NCBI GenBank assembly: GCA_040756875.1
Contig: JBFLYH010000002.1
Span: 863,078 to 927,077, forward strand
Origin: a candidate division FCPU426 bacterium
Lineage (GTDB): Bacteria; Oederibacteriota; JAAXVQ01; JAUVAV01
Length of the DNA stretch: 64,000 nucleotides
Direction: 5' to 3'
The notes beneath the pieces were generated by a model, which saw only the letters and a program-made list of their open reading frames with translations, made no database searches and was not told the origin of the DNA. This document shows positions 9,024 through 18,274 of the stretch, piece by piece; within the stretch, counting starts at the first letter, position 1, and each line of letters starts with the position of its first letter. Made by a program: the position numbers and the translations under genes.

Positions 9024-12000
9024 ATGCTGTCCAAGTTAATCGCCTGGTCCATCCGCAACCGCATCCTGGTCACCCTGCTGACGATCCTGGTCATCGGCTG
9101 GGGGGCTTATGCCCTGGTAAAAACACCGGTGGACGCCATCCCGGATTTATCCGACGTGCAAGTCATCCTCTACACCCAGTATCCCGGGCAATCACCCCGC
9201 GTCGTGGAAGACCAGATCACCTATCCCCTGACCACGGCCATGGTCTCAGTGCCGGGTGCCCAGGCCGTACGGGGGTATTCTTTCTTTGGCTACTCGCTGG
9301 TCTACATTATTTTTAAGGACGGCACGGATCTGTATTGGGCCCGGAGCCGCGTCCTGGAGTACATCAATTACGCCCAGCAGCGCCTGCCTGCCGGCGTGCT
9401 GCCGATCCTGGGGCCGGACGCCTCGGGGGTGGGCTGGGTGTACCAGTATGCGCTGGTCTCGGACCAACGCCCCCTGCATGAGCTGCGCTCGCTGCAGGAT
9501 TGGTATTTGAAATACGAACTGGCGAGCGTTCCCGGCGTGGCCGAAGCCGCCAGCCTCGGCGGCTTCGTCAAACAGTACCAAGTGACCGTCGATCCCAGCC
9601 GCCTGCAGGCGCTGGGCCTCACGCTGGGAGACGTGGAGGCGGCCATCAAAGCCGGCAACCAGGACACGGGCGGCGAAGTGGTGGTGCTGGGCGAGCGCGA
9701 GTACATGATCCGGGGGCTGGGATACCTCAAATCCATCGGCGATTTGGAGCAATTGCCGGTGGCCTGGCGCCCCAACCAGCAGGGCGGCACCCTGCCGGTG
9801 TATCTCAAGGACGTGGCAGACATCCGGCTCGGGCCGGAAATGCGCCGCGGCGTGGCCGAACTCGACGGCCAGGGCGAAACCGTGGGCGGGATCGTGGTCA
9901 TGCGGTTCGGCGAAAACGCCCGGGACGTCATCCGCCGCGTGAAGCGCAAGCTGGAAGAGCTCAAGGCCGGGCTGCCGGCGGACGTGCGGATCGTGCCGGT
10001 GTATGACCGGTCCCGGCTGATCACGCGGGCCATCGACAATCTGCGTGGCAAGCTCTTCGAGGAAATGCTGATCGTGGCCCTGGTCTGCCTGATGTTTCTG
10101 TTTCACGCCCGGAGCGCGCTGGTGGCGGTGTTCACGCTGCCGACGGCCATCCTGATGTCTTTCATCGTCATGCGCAGCCAGGGCATCAATGCCAACATCA
10201 TGTCCCTGGGCGGGATCGCCATTGCCATCGGCGCCATGGTCGACGCCGCCATCGTCATGATCGAGAACGCCCACAAACACCTGGAACGGGAAGAGGCGCT
10301 GCCGGCCCGGCGGCGCCGGCCGCACTGGCAGGTCATCCTGGAGGCTTCGCAGGAGGTGGGGCCGGCCCTGTTCTGGTCCCTGCTGGTGATTACCGTCTCG
10401 TTCGCGCCCATTTTCGCGCTGGAGGCGCAGGAAGGGAGATTGTTCCGGCCGCTGGCGTTCACCAAGACTTACGCCATGGCGGCCGCGGCGCTTTTGGCCG
10501 TGACCATCGTGCCCGTGCTGATGGGGTTCTTCATCCGCGGGCGCGTTCCGTCCGAAGCCAGCAATCCCGTGAACCGCTGGCTGTTGCAGCGCTACCACCC
10601 GCTGGTGCAGTGGGTCCTGCGCCATGCCCGGGGCGTGCTGCTGGCCGCCGCGGGGGTCGTGGCTTTGGGCGCGGTGCCGCTGCTGCGCCTGGGCACGGAA
10701 TTCATGCCGCCCCTCTTCGAAGGCGACCTCCTGTATATGCCTACCACCCTGCCCGGATTGTCCATTGCCGCGGCCCGCGACTTGCTGCAGCGGACCGACC
10801 GCCTGATACGCTCTTTTCCCGAAGTGGAGCGCGTGTTCGGTAAAATCGGGCGGGCCGAAACCGCCACCGACCCCGCCGGGCTGGACATGATCGAGACCAC
10901 GATCCAGCTCAAGCCCCGCAAGGCCTGGCGCCGCGGCCTGACGGAAGCGAAGCTGATCGCGGAGCTGGACCGCACGGTGAAGCTGCCGGGGCTGACCAAC
11001 GCCTGGACCATGCCGATCAAGGCGCGCACGGACATGCTGGCCACGGGGATCAAAACGCCGGTGGGAATCAAGCTGTCAGGGCCGGACCTGGGCGAATTGC
11101 AGCGCCTGGGGACCCAGATCGAGGCGGTTCTGCGCCGCGTGCCGGGAACGGGATCGGCCTTTGCCGAGCGGGCCATGGGGGGATATTATCTGGACATCGC
11201 CATCGACCGGCCGGCCGCGGCCCGCTACGGCGTCAATGTGGAGGACCTGAACCGGGTGATTCAAATGGCCCTGGGCGGCATGAACGTCACCACCACGGTG
11301 GAAGGGCTGGAACGGTATCCGGTCAACGTGCGCTACAGCCGTGAATTGCGGGACAGCGTGGAATCCATCCGGCGCGTGCTGGTGGCCACGCGGACCGGCG
11401 GGCAAGTGCCCTTGGCGCAAGTGGCGGACATCAAGCTGTCGCCCGGGCCCATGGTCATCCGCACTGAAAACTCACGGCCGAACGCCTGGGTCTTCGTGGA
11501 CGTGCGGGGCGTGGATCTGGGGACGTACATCCACCGCGCTCAGACGGCCATCGGGAAAGCGCTGCGACTGCCGGAGGGGTACACCCTGACTTGGAGCGGC
11601 GAATTCGAATACCTGCAGCGGCTGCACCGCCGGCTGCTGCTGGTGGTTCCCCTGACGCTCTTCATCATCGTGCTGATCCTATATCTCAACACCCGCTCCC
11701 TGGCCAAGACCGCCATCGTACTGCTGGCCGTGCCGTTTTCCCTGGTCGGCGCCCTGTGGTTTGTCTACGCGTTGGGATACAATTTAAGCCTGGCGGTCTG
11801 GGTGGGCCTGATTGCGCTCGCCGGCCTGGACGCGGAAACCGGCGTGGTGATGCTGTTGTATCTGGACCACGCTTACGAGGCGGCGCGCAGCCGCGGCCGT
11901 ATGAACGGGCTTTCCGATTTGCGCGTTGCGATCGACCAGGGGGCGGTCCAGCGTGTGCGCCCCAAAGTCATGACCGCGGCCGTCATCATTGCAGGCTTGC

Positions 12001-12185
12001 TGCCGATTTTCTGGGGCGCGGAGGCCGGGTCGGACCTGATGCGGCGGATTGCGGCTCCCATGATGGGCGGGGTGGTGACCTCGGTGCTGATGGAGCTGGC
12101 CGTGTATCCGGCGATTTATTATTATTGGCGCGGGTGGCGCTGGCTGCGGCCCGGACGCCGCGCGGAAAAACCCTTGCCAGCATAG
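9024..12185 (+). CDS. cusA: CusA/CzcA heavy-metal efflux RND permease (Cu/Ag type)
   Basis: PVDAIPDLSDVQVI, DLYWARSRVLEY, GAMVDAAIVMIENAH, EGDLLYMP, RVRPKVMT. Confidence 0.95.
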   Translation: MLSKLIAWSIRNRILVTLLTILVIGWGAYALVKTPVDAIPDLSDVQVILYTQYPGQSPRVVEDQITYPLTTAMVSVPGAQAVRGYSFFGYSLVYIIFKDGTDLYWARSRVLEYINYAQQRLPAGVLPILGPDASGVGWVYQYALVSDQRPLHELRSLQDWYLKYELASVPGVAEAASLGGFVKQYQVTVDPSRLQALGLTLGDVEAAIKAGNQDTGGEVVVLGEREYMIRGLGYLKSIGDLEQLPVAWRPNQQGGTLPVYLKDVADIRLGPEMRRGVAELDGQGETVGGIVVMRFGENARDVIRRVKRKLEELKAGLPADVRIVPVYDRSRLITRAIDNLRGKLFEEMLIVALVCLMFLFHARSALVAVFTLPTAILMSFIVMRSQGINANIMSLGGIAIAIGAMVDAAIVMIENAHKHLEREEALPARRRRPHWQVILEASQEVGPALFWSLLVITVSFAPIFALEAQEGRLFRPLAFTKTYAMAAAALLAVTIVPVLMGFFIRGRVPSEASNPVNRWLLQRYHPLVQWVLRHARGVLLAAAGVVALGAVPLLRLGTEFMPPLFEGDLLYMPTTLPGLSIAAARDLLQRTDRLIRSFPEVERVFGKIGRAETATDPAGLDMIETTIQLKPRKAWRRGLTEAKLIAELDRTVKLPGLTNAWTMPIKARTDMLATGIKTPVGIKLSGPDLGELQRLGTQIEAVLRRVPGTGSAFAERAMGGYYLDIAIDRPAAARYGVNVEDLNRVIQMALGGMNVTTTVEGLERYPVNVRYSRELRDSVESIRRVLVATRTGGQVPLAQVADIKLSPGPMVIRTENSRPNAWVFVDVRGVDLGTYIHRAQTAIGKALRLPEGYTLTWSGEFEYLQRLHRRLLLVVPLTLFIIVLILYLNTRSLAKTAIVLLAVPFSLVGALWFVYALGYNLSLAVWVGLIALAGLDAETGVVMLLYLDHAYEAARSRGRMNGLSDLRVAIDQGAVQRVRPKVMTAAVIIAGLLPIFWGAEAGSDLMRRIAAPMMGGVVTSVLMELAVYPAIYYYWRGWRWLRPGRRAEKPLPA

Positions 12186-12233
12186 GATCTTTTTTAGAAA
12201 ATAGGAACAACGACAACGGCAGGGAGCGGCGAC

Positions 12234-13094
12234 ATGGCCAACGAACGGATCGCGATTGTCACGGACAGCACCAGCGACTTGGGCGACGCGGTGATAAAAG
12301 GCCAGGATATTTTCCGTGTGCCGCTGCGGATCTATTTCGGCTCCGAGGAGTTCTTGGACCGCGAAAACATGACGCCGGACCAGTTTTACCGGCGTCTGCA
12401 AACCGACAAGCAATTCCCGCGCACCCAGCCGCCTAATTCCAAAAACTTTTTGGAGCTGTTCCAGCAGCTCAGCGACGGGGGATTCACGCACATCCTCTGC
12501 CTTTTCATCTCCAGCCAGCTTTCCAAAACCATGGAAAACGCTCAATTTTCGGCCAACATGGTGACGCGAGTTAAAATCAAACTGGTGGATTCCAAGACCG
12601 CCAGCCTGGGGCTGGGGTTCCTGTGCTTGTACGCCCGGTCGCTGGTCCGCCAGAATCTGAGCTTCGACGCCATAGTGGACAAAGTGGAACAGCTGGTGCC
12701 CAAGACTCTGGCGGTCTTTTCAGTCGACAATCTGGATACGCTCGAACGGGGCGGGCGCATCAGCAAAGCCAAGGCCTTTTTCGGCAAGATGCTCGGCGTC
12801 CGTCCCATTCTGGCGGTCCAGAACGGGACGGGTGTGATTGAGCCCGTCACCACGGTTAAATCCACCGAGGCTGCCCATGACTTCATGGCCAAGCTGGCGA
12901 TCGAGCATTATCAGCACCACGGCCTGGCTTACGGCATAGGGGTCATGCACACCGAAGTCGTGGAAAATTGCCAGGCGTTGAAGCAGAAAGTGGCGGCTTT
13001 GGGATCGAACTTGGGGACGATCAGCGATGGCCGCATCGGAGGGGTGGTAGGCTGCCACCTGGGCCCCACGGGCTGGGGCGTCGTCGTCTGTTAG
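12234..13094 (+). CDS. DegV family fatty acid-binding protein
   Basis: IAIVTDSTSDL, ISSQLSKT, VDSKTAS, LERGGRI, GCHLGP. Confidence 0.92.
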   Translation: MANERIAIVTDSTSDLGDAVIKGQDIFRVPLRIYFGSEEFLDRENMTPDQFYRRLQTDKQFPRTQPPNSKNFLELFQQLSDGGFTHILCLFISSQLSKTMENAQFSANMVTRVKIKLVDSKTASLGLGFLCLYARSLVRQNLSFDAIVDKVEQLVPKTLAVFSVDNLDTLERGGRISKAKAFFGKMLGVRPILAVQNGTGVIEPVTTVKSTEAAHDFMAKLAIEHYQHHGLAYGIGVMHTEVVENCQALKQKVAALGSNLGTISDGRIGGVVGCHLGPTGWGVVVC

Positions 13095-13834
13095 ACGACG
13101 GGCAAAAACTGCGTTACGAAGCTCGCCGTCCAATGGCACGCCATGGCCGCTTCCAGGCCGCGGCGCCAGTAACACCATCCAAACAACAATCCTTGCAAGA
13201 CCGTTTGGGCCGCGAACCAGGCCGCAGGGCCGTTCCCGGCCGCGCCTCCCCGCAGGTGGGCGAATCCGGAAGCCAGGCTCACCACGGCGATAATGAGCCA
13301 GGCACTCCAGGCCGGAAGCCAAGCCCCGGCCCGTACGCGCAATAAGGCGGCCAGCAGCCACATTCCCAAGGTAACCAGCAGCCAGCGCATCCAGAGTTCT
13401 TCGCCGATCCCGGCGTAAAAACTGGCCAGCAACCGGTCCACCCACGCCTGGCCGGCTCCGGCCTGCAGGTTGACGCGCACCAGGAGCGCAAGGAGCTGCA
13501 GCAGCGTTCCGGCCAGCAGTCCCCAGACCGCGGGGAAAACCAGGGAGGATTTCAGTCGGTGGGCCACCGGCTGGCCGGAGAACCAGGCTTCAAGCAGCGG
13601 CGCGCCCAAACCTACGGCCGGTGCGAGGCGCGCCCCCAGCCAAACAGCCAGGCCCAGCAGGAGCACGGTTTGGGCATATTGCCCGGCGAAGAACCAGGCC
13701 AGGGGAATGGCGGACCCCGCCCGGGCGTGGGCTGAAGCCGCGATGGCCGGGAAGACAGCCAGCAGAGACAAGCTGCCTGCCGCCCACAGCGTGAAGAGCA
13801 CTTTCCAATTCATGCGCGCCAACGCGGGAGTCAT
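13091..13834 (-). CDS. CPBP (CAAX protease/Abi) family intramembrane metalloprotease
   Basis: GIGEELWMR, GFAH, GLEAAMACH motifs; multiple TMs; start uncertain (13834 or 13813). Confidence 0.8.
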   Translation of the reverse strand: MTPALARMNWKVLFTLWAAGSLSLLAVFPAIAASAHARAGSAIPLAWFFAGQYAQTVLLLGLAVWLGARLAPAVGLGAPLLEAWFSGQPVAHRLKSSLVFPAVWGLLAGTLLQLLALLVRVNLQAGAGQAWVDRLLASFYAGIGEELWMRWLLVTLGMWLLAALLRVRAGAWLPAWSAWLIIAVVSLASGFAHLRGGAAGNGPAAWFAAQTVLQGLLFGWCYWRRGLEAAMACHWTASFVTQFLPVV

Positions 13835-13877
13835 GACAGGAATAATAAGGGAAATGACCTTCCGGCGCAATAAATAT

Positions 13878-14012
13878 GAGCAGGTGGATGAAAAGTCCGC
13901 ATCGCAGTCTTTTTCGCTCGCGGCGCGTTGAATACCTCTTGAAAAATCAGAGGTTTTTCAAGGGGTAATAGGGTGCTAGCGGAATATATTCGAGTTTTTC
14001 AGCACCCTATTA
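13878..14012 (-). mobile_element. MITE-like miniature inverted-repeat element, family A (copy 1)
   Basis: Reverse complement aligns end-to-end with 29312-29447; ends AGGGTGCTGAAAAA...TTTTCATCCACCTG; internal hairpins. Confidence 0.65.
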
Positions 14013-14033
14013 GGTACAATAAAACGGTTGCCA

Positions 14034-14221
14034 TCATCCCCTTCGCAGGAAACCCCGGTCTATGGCCGGGAATGAATGTGGATCTTCTGCTGCGGGGATG
14101 TCGCCCCGACCGGATGGATATGGGACTTTCCCTATAGGGACTTCCTCCGGTCGCCGCCTACCCTGCAAGAAGCACAGGGTAGGAATTGGTACCCCGGGCC
14201 CTTCGGCCGGGGAGCTCCATG
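14034..14221 (+). repeat. Structured dispersed repeat, family B (copy 1), IS200/IS605-end-like
   Basis: Near-identical to the reverse complement of 35479-35615, plus a 50-nt hairpin insert at 14106-14155. Confidence 0.75.
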
Positions 14222-14237
14222 CGCTCCGGGAATGCTT

Positions 14238-16745
14238 ATGCCAGAAGATTTCACCCAGCTGCCGGTCTATCCGTTCTTGAAAGAATTGGCCGCCACCCTT
14301 GCCGGCCAGGGGCTGTTGTTGCTCGACGCCGAGCCCGGAGCCGGCAAAACGACCCTGGTTCCCTGGAGGCTCCTGGACGAGCCGGCCCTGGGCGGCGGAA
14401 AGATTCTTCTGCTCGAACCCCGGCGGCTGGCGGCCCGCGCAGCTGCGGACAGGATTGCCGGCCTGCTGGGCGAACGCCCGGGCCAAACCGCGGGCCTGCG
14501 CACGCGGTTGGAAACCCTGGTGAGCAGCCGCACGCGCCTGGAGGTTGTAACCGAAGGCGTGTTGACGCGGATGCTGCAGGCTGATCCCGCCCTGGAAGGC
14601 TATTCCACGATCATTTTCGACGAATTCCACACCCGCAGCCTGCACGGCGATCTGGGGCTGGCGTTGGCGTGGGACGCCCGGCGCCTGCTGCGGCCGGATC
14701 TGCGCCTGGCCGTCATGTCCGCCACCCTGCCTGCGGCCGAGCTGCAGGCTGCCTACGGGCCCTGGCCCCTGGTGAAAGTGCCCGGCCGCTGTCACGAAGC
14801 GGAAGTGCGTTACCGGCCGCCGCTCTCCCCCCGGGAAAAGCCCTGGGAAGCGGCGGTCCGTTTGTCGCTGGAAGCTTGGGGGGCCGTCGCGGAGCAGGGC
14901 CAGGGCACGGTCCTTTGTTTCCTGCCCGGGTACCGGGAAATGTTCCGCACCCGCGAGATCCTCAGCCGGCAACGCCCGGACCTCGACCGCCAGGCGCAGC
15001 TGCTGCACGGCCGCATGCCGCCCGAAGCGCAGCGCGCGGTGCTGGACCCCGGCCAGGCAGCTGGCCTTCGCCTCGTCTTCGCCACCAATGTCGCCGAAAC
15101 CAGCCTGACCATTCCGGGCGTGCGCGCCGTGGTGGACATCGGGCTCGAGCGGCGCGTGCGTTTTTCTCCGCGCACGGGCATGGACCACTGGGAAACCGTG
15201 CCCATCAGCCAGGCCTCGGCCGAGCAGCGCAAAGGCCGGGCCGGCCGCCTGGGGCCGGGGATCTGTTTCCGTTGGTGGGACGAAACCGAACGCCGCCCGC
15301 CGTTCGCGCCGCCGGAGATCCAGGAAGCGGACCTTTCGGCCCTGCTGTTGGAAACCGCCGTGTGGGGCGCGGCCGGGCCAGCCGCCTTGACCTGGCTCAC
15401 CCAACCGCCCGAGGCAGCGGTGCAGCAAGCCCGTTCTTTGCTGGGGGCTTTGGGCCTGCTGGACAATCGGGGTGCGGTCACGCCCGCCGGGCGCCGGGCC
15501 GCGGGCCTGGGGCTGCATCCACGGCTCAGCCGGATGGTGCAAGCCGCGGAGGCGCGCGGGTGGTCGGACACGGCCATCGTGCTCGCCGCGCTGCTGGAGA
15601 CCCAGGATCAGGGCCGGGAACCGGAGCCGGACCTGGCGGGCCGTTTGGCGGATTGGAAATCCGGCAAGCAAGGTTCAGCCGGAAAAGCGTTCCGGTTTTT
15701 GGAGGAGGAGATCCGCCGCCTGGAGCGCGCGCTGGGCCGGCAGTCCGGAGATTCAGGCGGGCAGAACGTCGATCCGGATGTAGCGGGCAGAACGCTGCTC
15801 CTGGCTTACCCGGACCGGGCGGCGATGAGAACCAGACAGGATACGCCGAACGCGGCCCGCTATTTGCTGGCTTCGGGACGGGGCGCGCTCGTGGAAGGCC
15901 CGTTGTCCCGCCAGGAGTTCCTGGCCGTGGCCGAATTGGACGGAGGCGAGCAGGACGCCAGAATTTTTTTAGCGGCGGCCGTTACCCGTCAGGACCTGGA
16001 ATCCGGATTAGCGGGAAACCCGGTCGAGCGCAGGCAATTTAAATGGGAGGGATGGACCCCTGTGGCCAGCCTGGAAACCACGCTGGGTGCGATTGTGCTT
16101 CGCCGCCGCGTCGAGCCGCAGCCAGACCCGGCGGCAATCCAAGCCGGCGCCCGGGAGCGTCTGCGCCAGGCCGGCTTGCAGGCGCTGCCGTGGAATGCGC
16201 ATTCCCGGCGCTGGCTGGCCCGCTGCCGCTTCGTGGAACGCTGGGGACAGGCAGGGACCTGGCCCGCCTTTTCCGATGCAGCGCTGCTCGAGCAGGCCGA
16301 GGCGTGGCTCTGGCCGTTCGGACAGTGGTCCGGAGGCCGGGTTTGGGACGAGCACGCGTTGTTGTCCGCGCTGGAACACCGCCTGGGCTGGGAACGGCGC
16401 CGGCAATTGGATCAGCTGGCGCCCGAATCCTGGACCCTGCCTTCAGGCAGCCGCAAGCGGCTGGGTTACGAAACCCAGGAAGTGCCCGTGCTGTCCGGCC
16501 GCCTGCAGGAATTCTTCGGCACCCGGGAAACGCCCCGGTTGTGCGGCCAGGCTTTGATGCTGGATCTGCTCAGCCCGGCCAACCGGACCGTGCAACTGAC
16601 CCGCGACCTGGACGGGTTTTGGGACCGGGCGTATCCGGAAGTCCGCAAGGAACTGCGAGGGCGTTATCCGCGCCATCCCTGGCCCGAGGACCCGCGCGCC
16701 GCCCAAGCCACGGCCAGAACGAAAAAATCCCGGAGGGTGTCATGA
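14238..16745 (+). CDS. hrpB: ATP-dependent RNA helicase HrpB
   Basis: AEPGAGKTT, LEPRRLAAR, DEFH, MSAT, ATNVAETSLTI, QRKGRAGR, C-terminal LRGRYPRHPWPEDP. Confidence 0.95.
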   Translation: MPEDFTQLPVYPFLKELAATLAGQGLLLLDAEPGAGKTTLVPWRLLDEPALGGGKILLLEPRRLAARAAADRIAGLLGERPGQTAGLRTRLETLVSSRTRLEVVTEGVLTRMLQADPALEGYSTIIFDEFHTRSLHGDLGLALAWDARRLLRPDLRLAVMSATLPAAELQAAYGPWPLVKVPGRCHEAEVRYRPPLSPREKPWEAAVRLSLEAWGAVAEQGQGTVLCFLPGYREMFRTREILSRQRPDLDRQAQLLHGRMPPEAQRAVLDPGQAAGLRLVFATNVAETSLTIPGVRAVVDIGLERRVRFSPRTGMDHWETVPISQASAEQRKGRAGRLGPGICFRWWDETERRPPFAPPEIQEADLSALLLETAVWGAAGPAALTWLTQPPEAAVQQARSLLGALGLLDNRGAVTPAGRRAAGLGLHPRLSRMVQAAEARGWSDTAIVLAALLETQDQGREPEPDLAGRLADWKSGKQGSAGKAFRFLEEEIRRLERALGRQSGDSGGQNVDPDVAGRTLLLAYPDRAAMRTRQDTPNAARYLLASGRGALVEGPLSRQEFLAVAELDGGEQDARIFLAAAVTRQDLESGLAGNPVERRQFKWEGWTPVASLETTLGAIVLRRRVEPQPDPAAIQAGARERLRQAGLQALPWNAHSRRWLARCRFVERWGQAGTWPAFSDAALLEQAEAWLWPFGQWSGGRVWDEHALLSALEHRLGWERRRQLDQLAPESWTLPSGSRKRLGYETQEVPVLSGRLQEFFGTRETPRLCGQALMLDLLSPANRTVQLTRDLDGFWDRAYPEVRKELRGRYPRHPWPEDPRAAQATARTKKSRRVS

Positions 16746-17707
16746 GCCGAGACCTCAGCCTGTATTACGGCCAGGCCCTGGGGCAATATGGCTTTGGGCC
16801 CGGGCACCCCTTCAACCTGCGGAGGCAGGAGATTTTTTGGGAGGCCTTCAGGCTGCGGAGCTGGAGCGCGCAGTTCGAAATACGCGAACCCGTGACCGCC
16901 GGCCAGGAAGTGTTGGAACGCTTTCACACCGCGGACTACGTGGAACAGGTGAAGCGCGCGTCCGCAACCGGCGGAGGATTCCTGGACTGGGGCGACACGC
17001 CCGCCTATGCGGGCGTGTATGAAGCCGCGGCCGCCGTGGCAGGCAGCACGGTGGATGCGGCCGAACGCATCCTGGCCGGCGAATGCCGCAAGGCGTTCAT
17101 CCCCATTGCCGGCCTTCACCATGCGCGCCGGGACCGCGCGGCCGGTTTCTGCGTGTTCAATGACTGCGGCGTGGCGATCGAGACACTGCTCCGGCTGCAC
17201 GGTCTGGAGCGGATCGGGTACGTGGACATCGATGCCCACCACGGCGACGGCGTGTATTACGGGTTCGAAGCGGACCCGCGCGTGGTGATGGCGGACATTC
17301 ACGAGGACGGGCGGTCGCTTTATCCGGGCACCGGCCACGCGGCCGAGCAGGGGAGCGGCCAGGCGCTGGGCACCAAACTCAACCTGCCCCTGCCGCCGGG
17401 CGCGGGGGACCGCTCCTTTTTCGCGGCCTGGGAAAAAGTCCTGGCTTTTTTACGGGAGCGGCGGCCGGAATTCATCCTGTTGCAGTGCGGGGCCGACGGG
17501 TTGGAGGGTGATCCGCTGACGCATCTCAAATACTCGCCGCAGGTGCATGCGCGCGCCACCGCCGATCTCTGCCGTCTGGCCGAAGAGCTGGGGCACGGCC
17601 GGGTCCTGGCCATGGGCGGCGGAGGCTATCTGCCCGAAAACCTCGCGGCAGCCTGGGTGGAAACAGCGGACGCCCTGCGTCAGGCCGGGAAAAAATCCCG
17701 GCCGTGA
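16742..17707 (+). CDS. Histone deacetylase / AcuC family Zn-dependent deacetylase
   Basis: GPGHPF, GLHHA, GFCVFND, DIDAHHGDG, YPGTG, GADGLEGDPL, GGGGY. Confidence 0.92.
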   Translation: MSRDLSLYYGQALGQYGFGPGHPFNLRRQEIFWEAFRLRSWSAQFEIREPVTAGQEVLERFHTADYVEQVKRASATGGGFLDWGDTPAYAGVYEAAAAVAGSTVDAAERILAGECRKAFIPIAGLHHARRDRAAGFCVFNDCGVAIETLLRLHGLERIGYVDIDAHHGDGVYYGFEADPRVVMADIHEDGRSLYPGTGHAAEQGSGQALGTKLNLPLPPGAGDRSFFAAWEKVLAFLRERRPEFILLQCGADGLEGDPLTHLKYSPQVHARATADLCRLAEELGHGRVLAMGGGGYLPENLAAAWVETADALRQAGKKSRP

Positions 17708-18258
17708 AGGCGCAAATCGCGGGCGCAATCCTGCTTCTGGCGCTGCTGGGCGCGGGCTGCCATCCGAGGCTTGAGAGCCGGCCCGAGGTCAAGGTCATCA
17801 CCCACGCGGACCTGGGCGTTCGCTTTACCGCCGCGGCCCGGGAGAAGGAAACCGGAAGCTTTCTGGTGCTGCTCAACCAATACCGCAAGCAGCAGGGCCT
17901 GGGCCCGCTGGCCGCGGACCGCACGCTGCAGCAGGCGGCCCAGTGGCTGAGCGAGGACATGGCAGCGCATGATCAGGTCGGGCACATCGATTCCCGCCGC
18001 CGAGACCCTTTCCGGCGCCTGGAGGATTTCGGCTACGACCTCAACACCTACAAAGCCGAGAACGTGGCTGCCGGGCAGGCCACGGCCGCGGAGGTCCTGA
18101 AATCATGGCGGGATTCGCCCGCGCATAACGCCAATCTGCTCAATCCCCATCTGAAATTCATCGGCATCGGGTTCACGTACCGTCGGAAATCCAGATTTGG
18201 CTGGTATTGGGCGACAACCTTCGGCGGGGAAGCGGGCCGCGGCCCGAAAAAGCGCTAA
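17704..18258 (+). CDS. CAP (SCP) domain lipoprotein
   Basis: Lipobox LGAGC; LLNQYRKQQGLGPL; ENVAAG; WRDSPAHNANLL. Confidence 0.88.
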   Translation: MKAQIAGAILLLALLGAGCHPRLESRPEVKVITHADLGVRFTAAAREKETGSFLVLLNQYRKQQGLGPLAADRTLQQAAQWLSEDMAAHDQVGHIDSRRRDPFRRLEDFGYDLNTYKAENVAAGQATAAEVLKSWRDSPAHNANLLNPHLKFIGIGFTYRRKSRFGWYWATTFGGEAGRGPKKR

Positions 18259-18274
18259 AGCGCCGCGGACCAGG

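Noticed and set aside
9246-10625. Long antisense or alternative-frame ORFs (e.g. 9246-10625, 14034-15671, 19267-20643, 31022-32455, 59762-61069)
   Set aside because: Shadow ORFs expected from high GC3 opposite well-supported genes; no recognisable motifs.
14076-14237. N-terminal extension of hrpB (MWIFCCGDVA...), paralleled by MRIFCCGDVA... at 35573 on the barrel gene
   Set aside because: Both derive from repeat B. They are in frame with the downstream genes, but the middle peptide is frameshifted between copies, and the extension would bury the barrel's signal peptide.
16043-16741. Long N-terminal ORF extensions (HDAC from 16043, ktrB from 60484, aroB from 35652, trpB2 from 20712, HDOD regulator from 52241)
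   Set aside because: They overlap neighbouring genes or leaders, are low-complexity, and better RBS-linked or coupled starts exist downstream.
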